From: Candidatus Methylomirabilia bacterium
GTDB taxonomy: Bacteria > Methylomirabilota > Methylomirabilia > Rokubacteriales > CSP1-6
NCBI GenBank assembly: GCA_041492755.1
Contig: JBGPXN010000033.1
Location: 1-35,877, forward strand
DNA: 35,877 nt
Direction of reading: 5' to 3'
Position numbers and translations under genes: made by a program. Positions 27,128 through 35,877 of this stretch are shown here, one piece after another; positions within the stretch are counted from its first letter, which is position 1, and the number at the start of each line of letters is the position of its first letter. The notes under the pieces are model-generated. The model did no database searches, was not told the DNA's origin, and worked only from the letters and a program-made list of their open reading frames with translations.

Positions 27128-27655
27128 GTGGCGCGACGACGGAGCGGGCGCGCCGGCGCCGGGCTGCTGGCGACCGTGATCGCCATGGCCGCGGTGCTCG
27201 GCGGCTGCGCCACGGCGCGGCGCATCGACCACGGCGTGTACCACTCGCCCCACGGCTATCGGGTCACGCTCCCCGGCCCGGAGTGGCGACTCGTCGAGGC
27301 CAGCGCGGCCGACCTCGAGCTCCGGAACGGAGACCGCACGGGCATGCTGGTGACGGCGGAGTGCGGCGAAAGTCCGAGCCGCGTGCCCGACTCGATGCTC
27401 CTGCGCCGGGTGCTCTTCGGGCTGCGCGGGCGGCGGGTGCTCGAGCGGGGTGACGTGGTGGTGAACGGCGCGGGCGGTGCCCGCGCCGTGGTCGAGGGGA
27501 CCGCAGAGGATCGCGGGGATCGCCTGCGCGTGGAAGCTTACGTCCTCCGGCACGGTGCCTGCGTCTACGACTTCCTGTACGCGGCGCCGCCGGACGCCTT
27601 CGAGCAGTGGCGCCCGGCCTTCGGCCGGCTCGTCGAGTCGTTCGCGACGGAGTAA
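27128..27655 (+). CDS. Uncharacterised lipoprotein, possible PsbP/DUF1795-like fold
   Basis: Basic N-term, hydrophobic stretch, lipobox LGGC; fills the hisIE-mlaE gap exactly; start (GTG 27128) inferred. Confidence 0.65.
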   Translation: MARRRSGRAGAGLLATVIAMAAVLGGCATARRIDHGVYHSPHGYRVTLPGPEWRLVEASAADLELRNGDRTGMLVTAECGESPSRVPDSMLLRRVLFGLRGRRVLERGDVVVNGAGGARAVVEGTAEDRGDRLRVEAYVLRHGACVYDFLYAAPPDAFEQWRPAFGRLVESFATE

Positions 27656-27658
27656 GGC

Positions 27659-28420
27659 ATGGACACGTATCTGACCCGCACGGCGCTGTGGTACGGGGGC
27701 GTGGCCCTTCTCACCCGCGACGTCGTCCGTAATATCGTGCTGCCGAGGAAGTACCTGGCTCTCGTCATCCGCGAGATCGACCTCATGGGCAACCGGTCGC
27801 TGGTGGTTGCCCTGACCGCGGCGCTCTTCACCGGGATGGTGTTCGCGCTGCAGACCGCGGTGAACATGGCGCGCTTCGGCGCGGAGACGTACGTCGGGCC
27901 GGTGGCCGCGCTCGCCATCCTGCGCGAGCTTGGGCCCGTCCTCACCGCCATCCTCGTCGGTGGCAAGGTCGCCTCCGGCATCGCGGCCGAGCTGGGCTCG
28001 ATGAAGGTGACCGAGCAGATCGACGCCCTGCGCACGCTCGGGGTGAATTACATCAAACGGCTGATCGTGCCGCGCGTCCTGGCCGCGCTCGTCGTCTTCC
28101 CATTCCTGACCGTGCTCGCCGATGCTCTCGGCGTGCTGGGGGGGCTGGCCATCATCGTCCTCGAGCGCGGCGCCGACCCCTACGCCTACTGGAACGTCAC
28201 GACGTACTGGGTGCTGCCGCGCGACTTCCTCATGGGCGTGGTCAAGAGCGTGTTCTTCGGCTTCATCGTGACGCTGATCGGTTGTTACAACGGACTGTCG
28301 ACCGAGGGCGGGACCGAAGGCTTGGGGAGGACGACCACGGCCACCGTGGTCCACGTCACCATGAGCGTGATCGTCTCCGACTTCTTTCTGACCAAGCTGT
28401 TGCTCTTCCTGCTCTGGTGA
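27659..28420 (+). CDS. mlaE: MlaE-family ABC permease
   Basis: 'RELGPVLTAILVGGKVASGIAAELGSMKVTEQIDALRTLG', 'GGTEGLGRTTT'. Confidence 0.93.
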   Translation: MDTYLTRTALWYGGVALLTRDVVRNIVLPRKYLALVIREIDLMGNRSLVVALTAALFTGMVFALQTAVNMARFGAETYVGPVAALAILRELGPVLTAILVGGKVASGIAAELGSMKVTEQIDALRTLGVNYIKRLIVPRVLAALVVFPFLTVLADALGVLGGLAIIVLERGADPYAYWNVTTYWVLPRDFLMGVVKSVFFGFIVTLIGCYNGLSTEGGTEGLGRTTTATVVHVTMSVIVSDFFLTKLLLFLLW

Positions 28421-28423
28421 CGG

Positions 28424-29188
28424 ATGGCACCGGCCGGCGATCGGACGGACGGGCCGCTGGTCGAGGTGATGGACGTCCACAAGAGCTTCGAGCGCACGGA
28501 GGTTCTGCGCGGGGTGAGCTTCGCGCTGAATCGCGGGGAGACGCTCGTGATCATGGGCGGCAGCGGCTCGGGCAAGACGGTGACGCTCCGCTGCGTCGCG
28601 GGGCTGCTCCGGCCCGACGCCGGCCGCATCCGCGTCTTCGGCACCTTCATCGAGCGCCTGTCCGAGGAGGAACTGCTGCCGATCCGCCGGCGCATGGGCT
28701 ACGTGTTCCAGGGCGCGGCCCTCTTCGACTCGCTGACCGTTCACGAGAACGTCGCGTATCCTCTCCGCGAGCACACGTCACTCGAGGAAGAGGAGATCAA
28801 GGAGCGGGTCCGGCACTTCCTGTCGCTGGTAGGGTTGACTGATGAGGTGCTGGGACTGTTGCCCGGCGAGCTGTCCGGCGGGATGCGCAAGCGCGTGGGC
28901 ATCGCGCGCGCGCTGGCCGTCGAGCCCGAAGTGCTGCTCTTCGACGAGCCGACCGCCGGCCTGGATCCCACGAACGCGCGGCTGGTGGGCGACCTCATCG
29001 CGCAGGTCGGCACCCGCCTGTGCGACACCGCCATCGTGCTGACTCACGATCTCGACTTGACCAGGGCCGTCGCCGACCGTGTCGCCATTCTCATTGGCGG
29101 ACAGTTCGCCGCGCTCGGCGATCGCGACGAGGTGCTCGAGGCCGGGCATCCCGCCGTGCGGGCGTTCCTGGCCGGGGAGGCGCACTGA
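28424..29188 (+). CDS. mlaF: MlaF-family ABC ATPase
   Basis: GGSGSGKT, 'FQGAALFDSLTVHENVAYPLRE', 'LSGGMRKRVGIARALA', 'DEPTAGLDP'. Confidence 0.92.
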   Translation: MAPAGDRTDGPLVEVMDVHKSFERTEVLRGVSFALNRGETLVIMGGSGSGKTVTLRCVAGLLRPDAGRIRVFGTFIERLSEEELLPIRRRMGYVFQGAALFDSLTVHENVAYPLREHTSLEEEEIKERVRHFLSLVGLTDEVLGLLPGELSGGMRKRVGIARALAVEPEVLLFDEPTAGLDPTNARLVGDLIAQVGTRLCDTAIVLTHDLDLTRAVADRVAILIGGQFAALGDRDEVLEAGHPAVRAFLAGEAH

Positions 29189-30439
29189 GTGGCGGCGGAG
29201 GACACGCGGGTGCGCGGGCTGCAGCTGCGCGTCGGCATCTTCGTCCTCGTGGCCATCCTGGTGTTCCTGGGAACGATCTACGCGCTGGGCGCCCGCGCGC
29301 GGCTGTTCGAGGCGCGTGAGAAAATCTACGCCGACTTCACCGAGGTGGCGGGACTCGTGGAAGGCGCAACCGTGCGGCTGGCCGGCGTGCAGATCGGGCG
29401 TGTGACCGGCGTGTACCTTCCCTCTCAGCCGGGCGGCAAGGTGCGCGTCGAGATGGCCATTGGTCGGCGATTCGCCGATCGGATCCGGAAGAACTCGGTG
29501 GCGCGCATCGAGACGCAGGGCCTCCTCGGCGACAAGCTCGTCGAGATCAGCGTCGGATCGCCGGACGTTCCACCGGCAAAACCGGGGGACGTGCTCGCCG
29601 CCCGTGATCCCTTCGAGCTGGGGCAGGTGATCAGCGAGAGCTCGCAGACGATCAAGTCGGTGGCGGCGCTTGCCGAGAGCCTGCGCCAGACGGCCGACGC
29701 GCTGAACCAGTCGAAGATCATCGAGGATGCTGCCGCCACCGTGAAGTCGGCCCGGCAGGTCACGGGACAGTTCAGCCGCATCGCCGACCAGATCGAACAG
29801 GGCCGCGGCTGGGCCCACGTGCTCGTGTACGAGGAGCCGGTGGCGCTCCGCAAGCTCAACGACACGCTGGTGTCCACCAGCGCGATCCTCGACCGCATCG
29901 AGCGCGGGGAGAGCGCCGTCGGCGTGCTGACCTCGGCGCAGAGCGCGGAGGCGGCGCGGCGATTCGTGGGCTTTCTCGAGCGCCTCGGTCGGGTCGGCGA
30001 CACGCCGAAGGAGGAAGACGGGCTGCTGGCCGCGCTCCTCTTCGACCCCGGCCAGAAGGCCATCCTCGACGAGTTCCGCGGTGTCCTCGGCGAGTTTCGC
30101 GTCACCGCGCACAATCTGCGCCAGGTGTCCGAGCGGATTCTCGGCGGGCGCGGAACCCTGGGCAGCCTCGTCAAGGACGAGCCGGGCGATCCGGGTCTCA
30201 AGGCGACCCTCGCGGATCTACAGGCGGCGGTCGCCAATCTCAAGGCCATCAGCGAGAAGGCCAACGCCATCACCGACAAGATCCAGGAGGGCGAGGGCAC
30301 GCTGGGCGCGCTCATCGTCGACCCGACCGTGTACGAGCGGCTGGTGACCATCCTCGAGGGCGCCCAGAAGAGCTCGCTGTTCCGGATCTTCCTCCGCGGG
30401 CTTGCGCCCGGCTCCCGCGGCGACGCCGCCGGCAAGTGA
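29189..30439 (+). CDS. mlaD: MlaD/MCE-family protein with long helical C-terminus
   Basis: N-terminal TM, MCE domain 'AGLVEGATVRLAGVQIGRV..IETQGLLGDKLVEI', long helical tail with G-x-G-x-L-G-x-L repeats. Confidence 0.88.
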   Translation: MAAEDTRVRGLQLRVGIFVLVAILVFLGTIYALGARARLFEAREKIYADFTEVAGLVEGATVRLAGVQIGRVTGVYLPSQPGGKVRVEMAIGRRFADRIRKNSVARIETQGLLGDKLVEISVGSPDVPPAKPGDVLAARDPFELGQVISESSQTIKSVAALAESLRQTADALNQSKIIEDAAATVKSARQVTGQFSRIADQIEQGRGWAHVLVYEEPVALRKLNDTLVSTSAILDRIERGESAVGVLTSAQSAEAARRFVGFLERLGRVGDTPKEEDGLLAALLFDPGQKAILDEFRGVLGEFRVTAHNLRQVSERILGGRGTLGSLVKDEPGDPGLKATLADLQAAVANLKAISEKANAITDKIQEGEGTLGALIVDPTVYERLVTILEGAQKSSLFRIFLRGLAPGSRGDAAGK

Positions 30440-31806
30440 CCGCGCGCGACCGCAGCAGCTTCCGGTGCCAGCAGTGCGGGTTCGTCAGCCCCAAGCCGGG
30501 GACCTGCCCCGACTGCCGCCGCACCACCGGCGAGCTGGTGCCGCTCGTCGAAGAGCGCGAGCGGGCCGTGGCGCGGACCCCGCACCGGGGCGCGCTGCCC
30601 GTGAGTCGGCCGCGACCGCTGCGTGAGGTCACCCTCGAGACCGCGAGCCGGCTGACCACCGGACTCGGCGAGCTCGACCGCGTGCTCGGTGGCGGCGTGG
30701 TGCCCGGCTCGCTGGTGCTCATCGGCGGCGACCCGGGGATCGGGAAGAGCACACTGCTCCTGCAGGTCGCGGGCGCGCTGACGCGCGTGGCGGCGCCGGT
30801 GCTCTACGTCACGGCCGAGGAGTCCACGGCCCAGGTGCGGCTACGCGCCGAGCGGCTGGGCGCCGCCGCCGACGGTCTGCTGCTGTGGGCGGAGAACGAC
30901 CTCACCGCCGTCGACGCCGCGCTCGACGACGTCAAGCCGGGCGCGCTCGTGGTGGACTCGATCCAGACCGTGTTCCTGCCCACGCTGGAATCCGCCCCGG
31001 GCAGCGTCGCTCAGGTCCGCGAGTGCGGGGCGCGGCTCATGACCATCGCCAAGGGACGCGGACTGGCGACGTTCATCGTCGGCCACGTCACCAAGGACGG
31101 CGCGATTGCGGGCCCCCGCGTGCTCGAGCACCTCGTCGACACGGTGCTCTACTTCGAGGGCGAGGCGCACCACGCGTATCGCGTGCTGCGCGCGGTAAAG
31201 AATCGCTTCGGCTCCACGAACGAGATCGGCGTCTTCCAGATGGGCGAGCGCGGGCTGGTCGAAGTCAAGAATCCGTCGGGGTTCTTCCTGGCCGAGCGGC
31301 CGCGCGACGTGCCCGGCTCGGTCATCGTCGCCAGCCTCGAAGGTACGCGGCCGTTGCTCCTCGAGCTGCAGGCGCTCGTCGCGCCGGCGTCCTTCGGAAC
31401 GCCGCGGCGCACGGTGCTCGGCGCCGACTACAATCGCGTCTGCCTCCTGCTCGCCGTGCTCGACAAGCGCGCCGGCATCCCGCTCGGCAGCCAGGACGTG
31501 TTCGTCAACGTCGCGGGGGGGGGACGCATTCTCGAGCCCGCCGCCGACCTGGGGGTGGTGATCGCCGCCGCCTCGAGCTATCTCGATCGTCCCGTGCGCG
31601 GCGACACCGTCATCCTGGGCGAGGTGGGACTCACCGGCGAGGTCCGCGCCGTGACCGGACTCGAGGCGCGACTGCGCGAAGCCGCCGCGCTCGGCTTCGC
31701 GCGCGCGCTCGTTCCGGCCAGCAATCTCGCCGAGCCGCTTGCGGTGGGTCTCGAGGCCGTCGGCGTGCGGACCGTGCACGAGGCGCTGGAAGCGCTGCTG
31801 CGATGA
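30436..31806 (+). CDS. radA: DNA repair protein RadA/Sms
   Basis: C4 Zn finger 'CQQCG..CPDC', 'GGDPGIGKSTLL', 'DSIQT', KNRFG motif, Lon-like C-term 'GEVGLTGEVR'. Confidence 0.96.
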   Translation: MTARDRSSFRCQQCGFVSPKPGTCPDCRRTTGELVPLVEERERAVARTPHRGALPVSRPRPLREVTLETASRLTTGLGELDRVLGGGVVPGSLVLIGGDPGIGKSTLLLQVAGALTRVAAPVLYVTAEESTAQVRLRAERLGAAADGLLLWAENDLTAVDAALDDVKPGALVVDSIQTVFLPTLESAPGSVAQVRECGARLMTIAKGRGLATFIVGHVTKDGAIAGPRVLEHLVDTVLYFEGEAHHAYRVLRAVKNRFGSTNEIGVFQMGERGLVEVKNPSGFFLAERPRDVPGSVIVASLEGTRPLLLELQALVAPASFGTPRRTVLGADYNRVCLLLAVLDKRAGIPLGSQDVFVNVAGGGRILEPAADLGVVIAAASSYLDRPVRGDTVILGEVGLTGEVRAVTGLEARLREAAALGFARALVPASNLAEPLAVGLEAVGVRTVHEALEALLR

Positions 31807-32501
31807 AGCGCCGCCGGCGTGGCGTCGCCGTCATCGTTCCGGCCGGTGGACTCGGCACACGGCTCGGGCACCGAACACCCAAGCAGTTCCTGGCCCTCGG
31901 CGGCGCGCCGATCCTGGCCGAGACGCTGCGTCATTTCCTCCGACATCCACGGGTCGACCTCGTCGTCGTCGCGGCTCCGGGCGATCACCTGGACCGGACC
32001 CGCCGGCTCCGCGATCGCCTGGCCCCGCGCACGGCCTCGACCGTGGTCGCCGGCGGCGCCACCCGGCAGGAGTCGGTCGCGCATGGGCTGGCCGCGGTGC
32101 CCGCCGAGATCGGGATCGTGGTCGTGCACGACGCGGTCCGCCCGTTCATCACGCGCGCGCTCATCGACGCCGTCATCGCGGCGGCGGAGACGACGGGTGC
32201 CGCGATCTGCGCGCTGCCGATCGCGGAAACGGTCAAGCGGGTGAGGGGAAATCTGGTGGAGGCGACGGTGGACCGCGCCGGCCTCTGGGCGGTGCAGACG
32301 CCGCAGGCCTTCCGCGCGGCGTTGCTGCGCGAGGCGCATGACAAGGCCCGCCGCGACGGCGTGGTCGGGACCGACGACGCGATGCTCGTGGAGCGGCTCG
32401 GGCATCCCGTCCGGGTGGTCCGCGGAAGCGAGAGCAACGTGAAGATCACCACGCCCGAAGACCTGCGCCGCGCCCGCCGCCGTCGCCGCAGCCGATCGTG
32501 A
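31803..32501 (+). CDS. ispD: 2-C-methyl-D-erythritol 4-phosphate cytidylyltransferase
   Basis: 'PAGGLGTRLG..PKQF', 'GGATRQESV', 'VHDAVRP', 'QTPQAF', 'TDD', 'NVKITTPEDL'. Confidence 0.95.
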   Translation: MKRRRRGVAVIVPAGGLGTRLGHRTPKQFLALGGAPILAETLRHFLRHPRVDLVVVAAPGDHLDRTRRLRDRLAPRTASTVVAGGATRQESVAHGLAAVPAEIGIVVVHDAVRPFITRALIDAVIAAAETTGAAICALPIAETVKRVRGNLVEATVDRAGLWAVQTPQAFRAALLREAHDKARRDGVVGTDDAMLVERLGHPVRVVRGSESNVKITTPEDLRRARRRRRSRS

Positions 32502-32974
32502 CGCGCGTCGGCCTCGGCTTCGACCTGCACCCCCTCGTCGAGGGGCGCCCGCTCGTGTTGGGCGGCGTGACGGTCGAGTCGGACCTCGGCCTGTCCGGTC
32601 ACTCGGATGCCGACGTCCTCACCCATGCCGTGGCCGAAGCGCTGCTCGGCGCCCTGGCGCTGGGCGACCTCGGCCGGCACTTTCCCGACGACGATTCGCG
32701 CTATCGCGGCATCTCAAGTCTTACTCTCTTGCGGCAGGTCATGGCGCTGGTCGCGGCGCGTGGTGGCCGGCTGGTCAACGTCGACGCGACGGTCCTGGCC
32801 CAGGCCCCGCGCCTGTCGCCGCTCCTGCCGGAGATGGCCAAGCGGCTGGCCGACACGCTCGGTGTGTCGGCGGAGATGGTGAGCGTCAAGGCCAAGAGTC
32901 CCGAGGGCCTCGGATTGCTCGGGCGACGCGAAGGGATCGCAGCGATGGCGGTAGTTGGCGTGGAGGTCGGATGA
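32498..32974 (+). CDS. ispF: MECDP synthase
   Basis: 'RVGLGFDLH', 'GHSDADVLTHA', 'LGDLGRHFP', 'SVKAKSPEGLG'. Confidence 0.95.
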   Translation: MTRVGLGFDLHPLVEGRPLVLGGVTVESDLGLSGHSDADVLTHAVAEALLGALALGDLGRHFPDDDSRYRGISSLTLLRQVMALVAARGGRLVNVDATVLAQAPRLSPLLPEMAKRLADTLGVSAEMVSVKAKSPEGLGLLGRREGIAAMAVVGVEVG

Positions 32975-34359
32975 AGATCTACAACACGATGACGCGCACG
33001 AAGGAGGACCTCGTTCCCCTGAGTCCCGGTGAGATCCGGATGTATTCGTGCGGGGTCACGGTGTACGACCTCTCGCACGTCGGTCACGCCCGAATGATGG
33101 TCGTCTTCGACGTCATCGTGCGCTACCTGCGCTTCGCCGGCTATCGGGTGACGTTCGTGCGCAACTTCACCGACATCGAGGACAAGATCATTCGGCGGGC
33201 CAACCAGGAAGGTGTCACGGCCCGAGAGATCTCGGAGCGCTACATCGCGGCGTTCGGCGAGGACATCAGGGCGCTCGGCGTGGAGGCGCCCGACGTGGAG
33301 CCGAAGGCCACCGACCACGTGTCCGAGATGGTCGAGCTCATCGAGCGTCTCGTGGCCGACGGATACGCCTACGTTGTGGAGGGTGACGTCTACTTCGAGG
33401 TGCGTCGGTTTCCGGGCTACGGGAAGCTCTCGGGCAAGAACCTGGACGAACTCATGGTCGGCGCGCGGGTCGAGGTCGACGAGCGCAAGCGCGACCCCCG
33501 TGACTTCGCGCTGTGGAAGTCGGCCAAGCCCGGTGAGCCGTCCTGGCCGAGCCCGTGGGGACCGGGGCGCCCCGGATGGCACATCGAGTGCTCGGCCATG
33601 GCCATGCGCTATCTCAGCGAGTCGTTCGACATCCACGGCGGCGGCGAGGACCTCATCTTCCCGCACCACGAGTGCGAGATCGCCCAGGCCGAGGCGGTGA
33701 CGCACAAGCCGTTCGCGCGCTACTGGATGCACAACGGCTTCGTCAACCTGGGCAAGGAAAAGATGTCGAAGTCCCTCGGCAACACGCTGGCCATCCGCGA
33801 CATCGTCAAGCGCCACGACCCCGAGGCGCTTCGGCTCTGGATTCTCGGCACGCATTACCGGCACCTCATCGAGTGGTCCGAAGAGCGCGTCGAGGAGGCC
33901 GCTGCCGCCCTGGCCCGGCTGAGGCGGCCGATCGAGCATGCGGCACCGTATGCGGCGACCGATACGTTCGGTGCCGCGCAATCGCGACCGGTCCCAGTCG
34001 AGTTTTCCCTCTTTTCTCGCCGATTCGTCGAGGCGATGGACGACGACTTCAATACGCCCGCGGCCCTCGCCGCGTTGTTCGACTTCAGTAGTGCGCTCTT
34101 GGCCAAGGAGGTAAGCATTCAGGCGCTCGTCGCAGGGGCTGCCGAGTTGCAGCGGCTCGCCCGGGTGCTCGGCCTACTCCAGCGGGGATCCGAGCCGCCA
34201 CCACCCGACGTGTTGCGGTTGGCGGCCGAGCGTGCCGAGGCGCGTGGCCGTCGGGACTGGAAGCGCTCGGACGAGCTACGAGAGGAGATCCACCGGCTGG
34301 GCTGGGCCTTGGAGGACACCGCCGCGGGTCCACCGCGGGTGACGCGAAAGCTGTCCTAG
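32971..34359 (+). CDS. cysS: Cysteine--tRNA ligase
   Basis: '[15 protein letters not shown]', 'DFALWK', '[12 protein letters not shown]', '[15 protein letters not shown]', KMSKS, 'DDDFNT'. Confidence 0.97.
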   Translation: MKIYNTMTRTKEDLVPLSPGEIRMYSCGVTVYDLSHVGHARMMVVFDVIVRYLRFAGYRVTFVRNFTDIEDKIIRRANQEGVTAREISERYIAAFGEDIRALGVEAPDVEPKATDHVSEMVELIERLVADGYAYVVEGDVYFEVRRFPGYGKLSGKNLDELMVGARVEVDERKRDPRDFALWKSAKPGEPSWPSPWGPGRPGWHIECSAMAMRYLSESFDIHGGGEDLIFPHHECEIAQAEAVTHKPFARYWMHNGFVNLGKEKMSKSLGNTLAIRDIVKRHDPEALRLWILGTHYRHLIEWSEERVEEAAAALARLRRPIEHAAPYAATDTFGAAQSRPVPVEFSLFSRRFVEAMDDDFNTPAALAALFDFSSALLAKEVSIQALVAGAAELQRLARVLGLLQRGSEPPPPDVLRLAAERAEARGRRDWKRSDELREEIHRLGWALEDTAAGPPRVTRKLS

Positions 34360-35111
34360 TGGACGACGATCGCGTCTACGGGCGCAACCTCGTGCTTGCG
34401 CTGCTCCGGAGCGGTGGCCGCCGCGCCAACGAGATCGCCGTCCTGAGCGGCGCCCGCGGTCCGTTGACCGAGGTCGTCGCGCTTGCGCGCCGGGCGGGGG
34501 TGAAGGTCTCCTATCGCACGCGCGAACAGTTGACCGCGATGGCGGGCTCACCCCAGCATCAGGGCGTCGTCGCTCGGGTCGCGTCGGTTGCCTATGTTGA
34601 CCTGGACGATATCCTGGAGATCCCCGCGGCGCGTGGCGAGCCGGCGTTCTTCCTGGCCCTCGATCAGGTACAGGATCCCCGGAACCTCGGGGCCGTGATC
34701 CGGTCGGCCGAGGCGCTCGGGGTCCACGGGGTAGTGGTGCCCAAGCACCATGCGGTCGGCCTCACCGATGCGGCGGCCCGCGCCGCCATGGGCGCCATCG
34801 AGAGCGTGCCGATCGCCCGCGAGACGAACCTGGTTCATACCCTGGAAACCATGAAGAAGGCTGGTATTTGGGTGTACGGTGGATCTCCGGGGTTCGGGGT
34901 GGCCCCCTGGGCGGCGGATCTGACGGGGCCTGTCTGTCTCGTACTGGGAAGTGAAGGCGAGGGCCTGCGACCTCTGGTCGAGCGGACGTGCGACGGGTTG
35001 CTGACCATTCCGATGGCCGGCAGGGTCGGATCCCTGAACGTCGCCTCCGCCGCCGCGGTTCTCTGCTACGAGCTATTGCGTCAACGTCACGCTCGGCGGG
35101 AAACTCCTTGA
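34359..35111 (+). CDS. rlmB: 23S rRNA G2251 2'-O-methyltransferase (SpoU/TrmH family)
   Basis: 'HQGVVA', 'LDQVQDPRNLGAVIRSA', 'LGSEGEGL', 'IPMAGRVGSLNVASAAAV'; follows cysS. Confidence 0.92.
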   Translation: MDDDRVYGRNLVLALLRSGGRRANEIAVLSGARGPLTEVVALARRAGVKVSYRTREQLTAMAGSPQHQGVVARVASVAYVDLDDILEIPAARGEPAFFLALDQVQDPRNLGAVIRSAEALGVHGVVVPKHHAVGLTDAAARAAMGAIESVPIARETNLVHTLETMKKAGIWVYGGSPGFGVAPWAADLTGPVCLVLGSEGEGLRPLVERTCDGLLTIPMAGRVGSLNVASAAAVLCYELLRQRHARRETP

Positions 35112-35136
35112 CTTCCTAAAGACTTGAATCTAGAGT
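35108..35136 (+). promoter_or_regulatory. Promoter of tRNA-tuf operon
   Basis: TTGACT-17 bp-TAGAGT in an AT-rich patch, 14 nt before tRNA-Thr. Confidence 0.7.
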
Positions 35137-35150
35137 GAAGTTTTGTCTGT

Positions 35151-35225
35151 GCTGGCGTAGCTCAGTGGCAGAGCAACTGCCTTGTAAGCAGTGGGTCGGG
35201 GGTTCAAATCCTCCCGCCAGCGCCA
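35151..35225 (+). tRNA. tRNA-Thr(TGT)
   Basis: Acceptor GCTGGCG/CGCCAGC, anticodon arm ACTGC-CTTGTAA-GCAGT, T-loop TTCAAAT, CCA. Confidence 0.96.
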
Positions 35226-35309
35226 TGGCAAGGCAAGCGTCGCCGCCCGCGAAGGCGGCTCCACAACGTCCGAGATTTCGAGGAGTTCTCAGCGCATGCC
35301 GGCGGAATC

Positions 35310-35395
35310 GGGGAGGTACCCAAGTGGCCAAAGGGGGCAGACTGTAAATCTGTTGGCGAACGCCTTCGGGGGTTCAAATCCTCCCCTCCCCACCA
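35310..35395 (+). tRNA. tRNA-Tyr(GTA)
   Basis: GGGGAGG/CCTCCCC, anticodon loop CTGTAAA, long variable arm, ACCA end. Confidence 0.96.
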
Positions 35396-35410
35396 CTGAT
35401 ACGCACTCAG

Positions 35411-35485
35411 GCGGGAATAGCTCAGCGGTAGAGCGCCAGCCTTCCAAGCTGGGGGTCGCGGGTTCGAATCCCGTTTCCCGCTCCA
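35411..35485 (+). tRNA. tRNA-Gly(TCC)
   Basis: GCGGGAA/TTCCCGC, CCAGC-CTTCCAA-GCTGG, TTCGAAT, TCCA end. Confidence 0.97.
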
Positions 35486-35496
35486 CGGTATCCGGA

Positions 35497-35622
35497 GGTC
35501 GAGGCGCGCCACGGGTCCCCCGGGGCGTGCCGAGCGTTCGGGGGTTTGGGTCGAGGCCCGTCCCGGGTTCCCCGGGGCGCGCCGAGCAGTTGGGGGCTTG
35601 GGGGCCATGTCGGGGCCCCCAA
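35497..35622. repeat. Imperfect 52-bp tandem repeat (2 copies) ending in a 9-bp hairpin; REP-like
   Basis: 35497-35548 vs 35549-35600 match 43/52; TTGGGGGCC-N7-GGCCCCCAA at 35598-35622. Confidence 0.7.
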
Positions 35623-35634
35623 CAGAATGGTCAC

Positions 35635-35710
35635 GCCCATGTAGCTCAGCTGGCAGAGCGCGTCCTTGGTAAGGACGAGGTCTCCGGTTCAATCCCGGAC
35701 ATGGGCTCCA
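35635..35710 (+). tRNA. tRNA-Thr(GGT)
   Basis: GCCCATG/CATGGGC, CGTCC-TTGGTAA-GGACG, TCCA end. Confidence 0.97.
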
Positions 35711-35751
35711 TCATCGTGGCGTCTGCCAAGGTCGACGGGAGGAACTGACGG

Positions 35752-35877
35752 ATGGCGAAGGCGAAGTACGAGCGGACGAAGCCGCACGTGAACATTGGGA
35801 CGATCGGGCACATCGACCACGGCAAGACGACGTTGACGGCGGCGATCACGAAGGTGCTGCACACGAAGAACAAGAAC
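35752..35877 (+). CDS. tuf: Elongation factor Tu, 5' part (truncated by window)
   Basis: [41 protein letters not shown]; classic Thr-Tyr-Gly-Thr-tuf arrangement. Confidence 0.97.
   Translation, partial: MAKAKYERTKPHVNIGTIGHIDHGKTTLTAAITKVLHTKNKN

Noticed and set aside
541..33981. Many long minus-strand and alternate-frame ORFs (e.g. 6863-9034, 13454-15391, 24804-26666, 26960-28774, 8781-10928)
   Set aside because: They fully overlap well-supported + strand genes, have Arg/Gly/Ala-rich shadow composition and no motifs; expected at ~70% GC.
35497..35600. CRISPR array or prophage att site next to tRNA-Gly
   Set aside because: Only two degenerate adjacent copies with no spacers, no cas or integrase, and no duplicated tRNA 3' end.
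35116..35873. ORFs overlapping the tRNA cluster
   Set aside because: Artefacts of reading through tRNA genes and antisense to tuf.

Overview
High-GC (~70%) bacterial core-genome window; every supportable gene is on the + strand. Gene order and style suggest Candidatus Rokubacteria/Methylomirabilota or a related deep-branching diderm (inference). In order: (1) a glycerol/glycerophosphodiester cluster: 3' end of glpD, ugpBAE (no ugpC), two tandem GDPD paralogues, glpK, then a translationally coupled AfuA/PgtC-like ABC importer; (2) an F0-only ATP synthase operon (atpZ-atpI-atpB-atpE) followed by rex; (3) a ~160-bp orphan, highly structured inverted-repeat element between rex and mfd; (4) mfd, a lipidated SurA-type PPIase, rho, rpmE, prfA, prmC; (5) hisG(short)-D-B-H-A-F-IE; (6) an uncharacterised lipoprotein plus mlaE-mlaF-long mlaD; (7) radA-ispD-ispF-cysS-rlmB; (8) tRNA-Thr/Tyr/Gly/Thr and the 5' end of tuf. 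No transposase, integrase, CRISPR array or defence gene is visible. The most interesting items are the rex-mfd structured element (resembling, from recollection, an IS110-family non-coding end/bridge RNA without its recombinase), a candidate Rex operator over the atp-rex promoter, a probable phospho-ester ABC importer in the glp cluster, and a PsbP-like lipoprotein heading the MCE operon. All calls come from reading the sequence; no searches were run.
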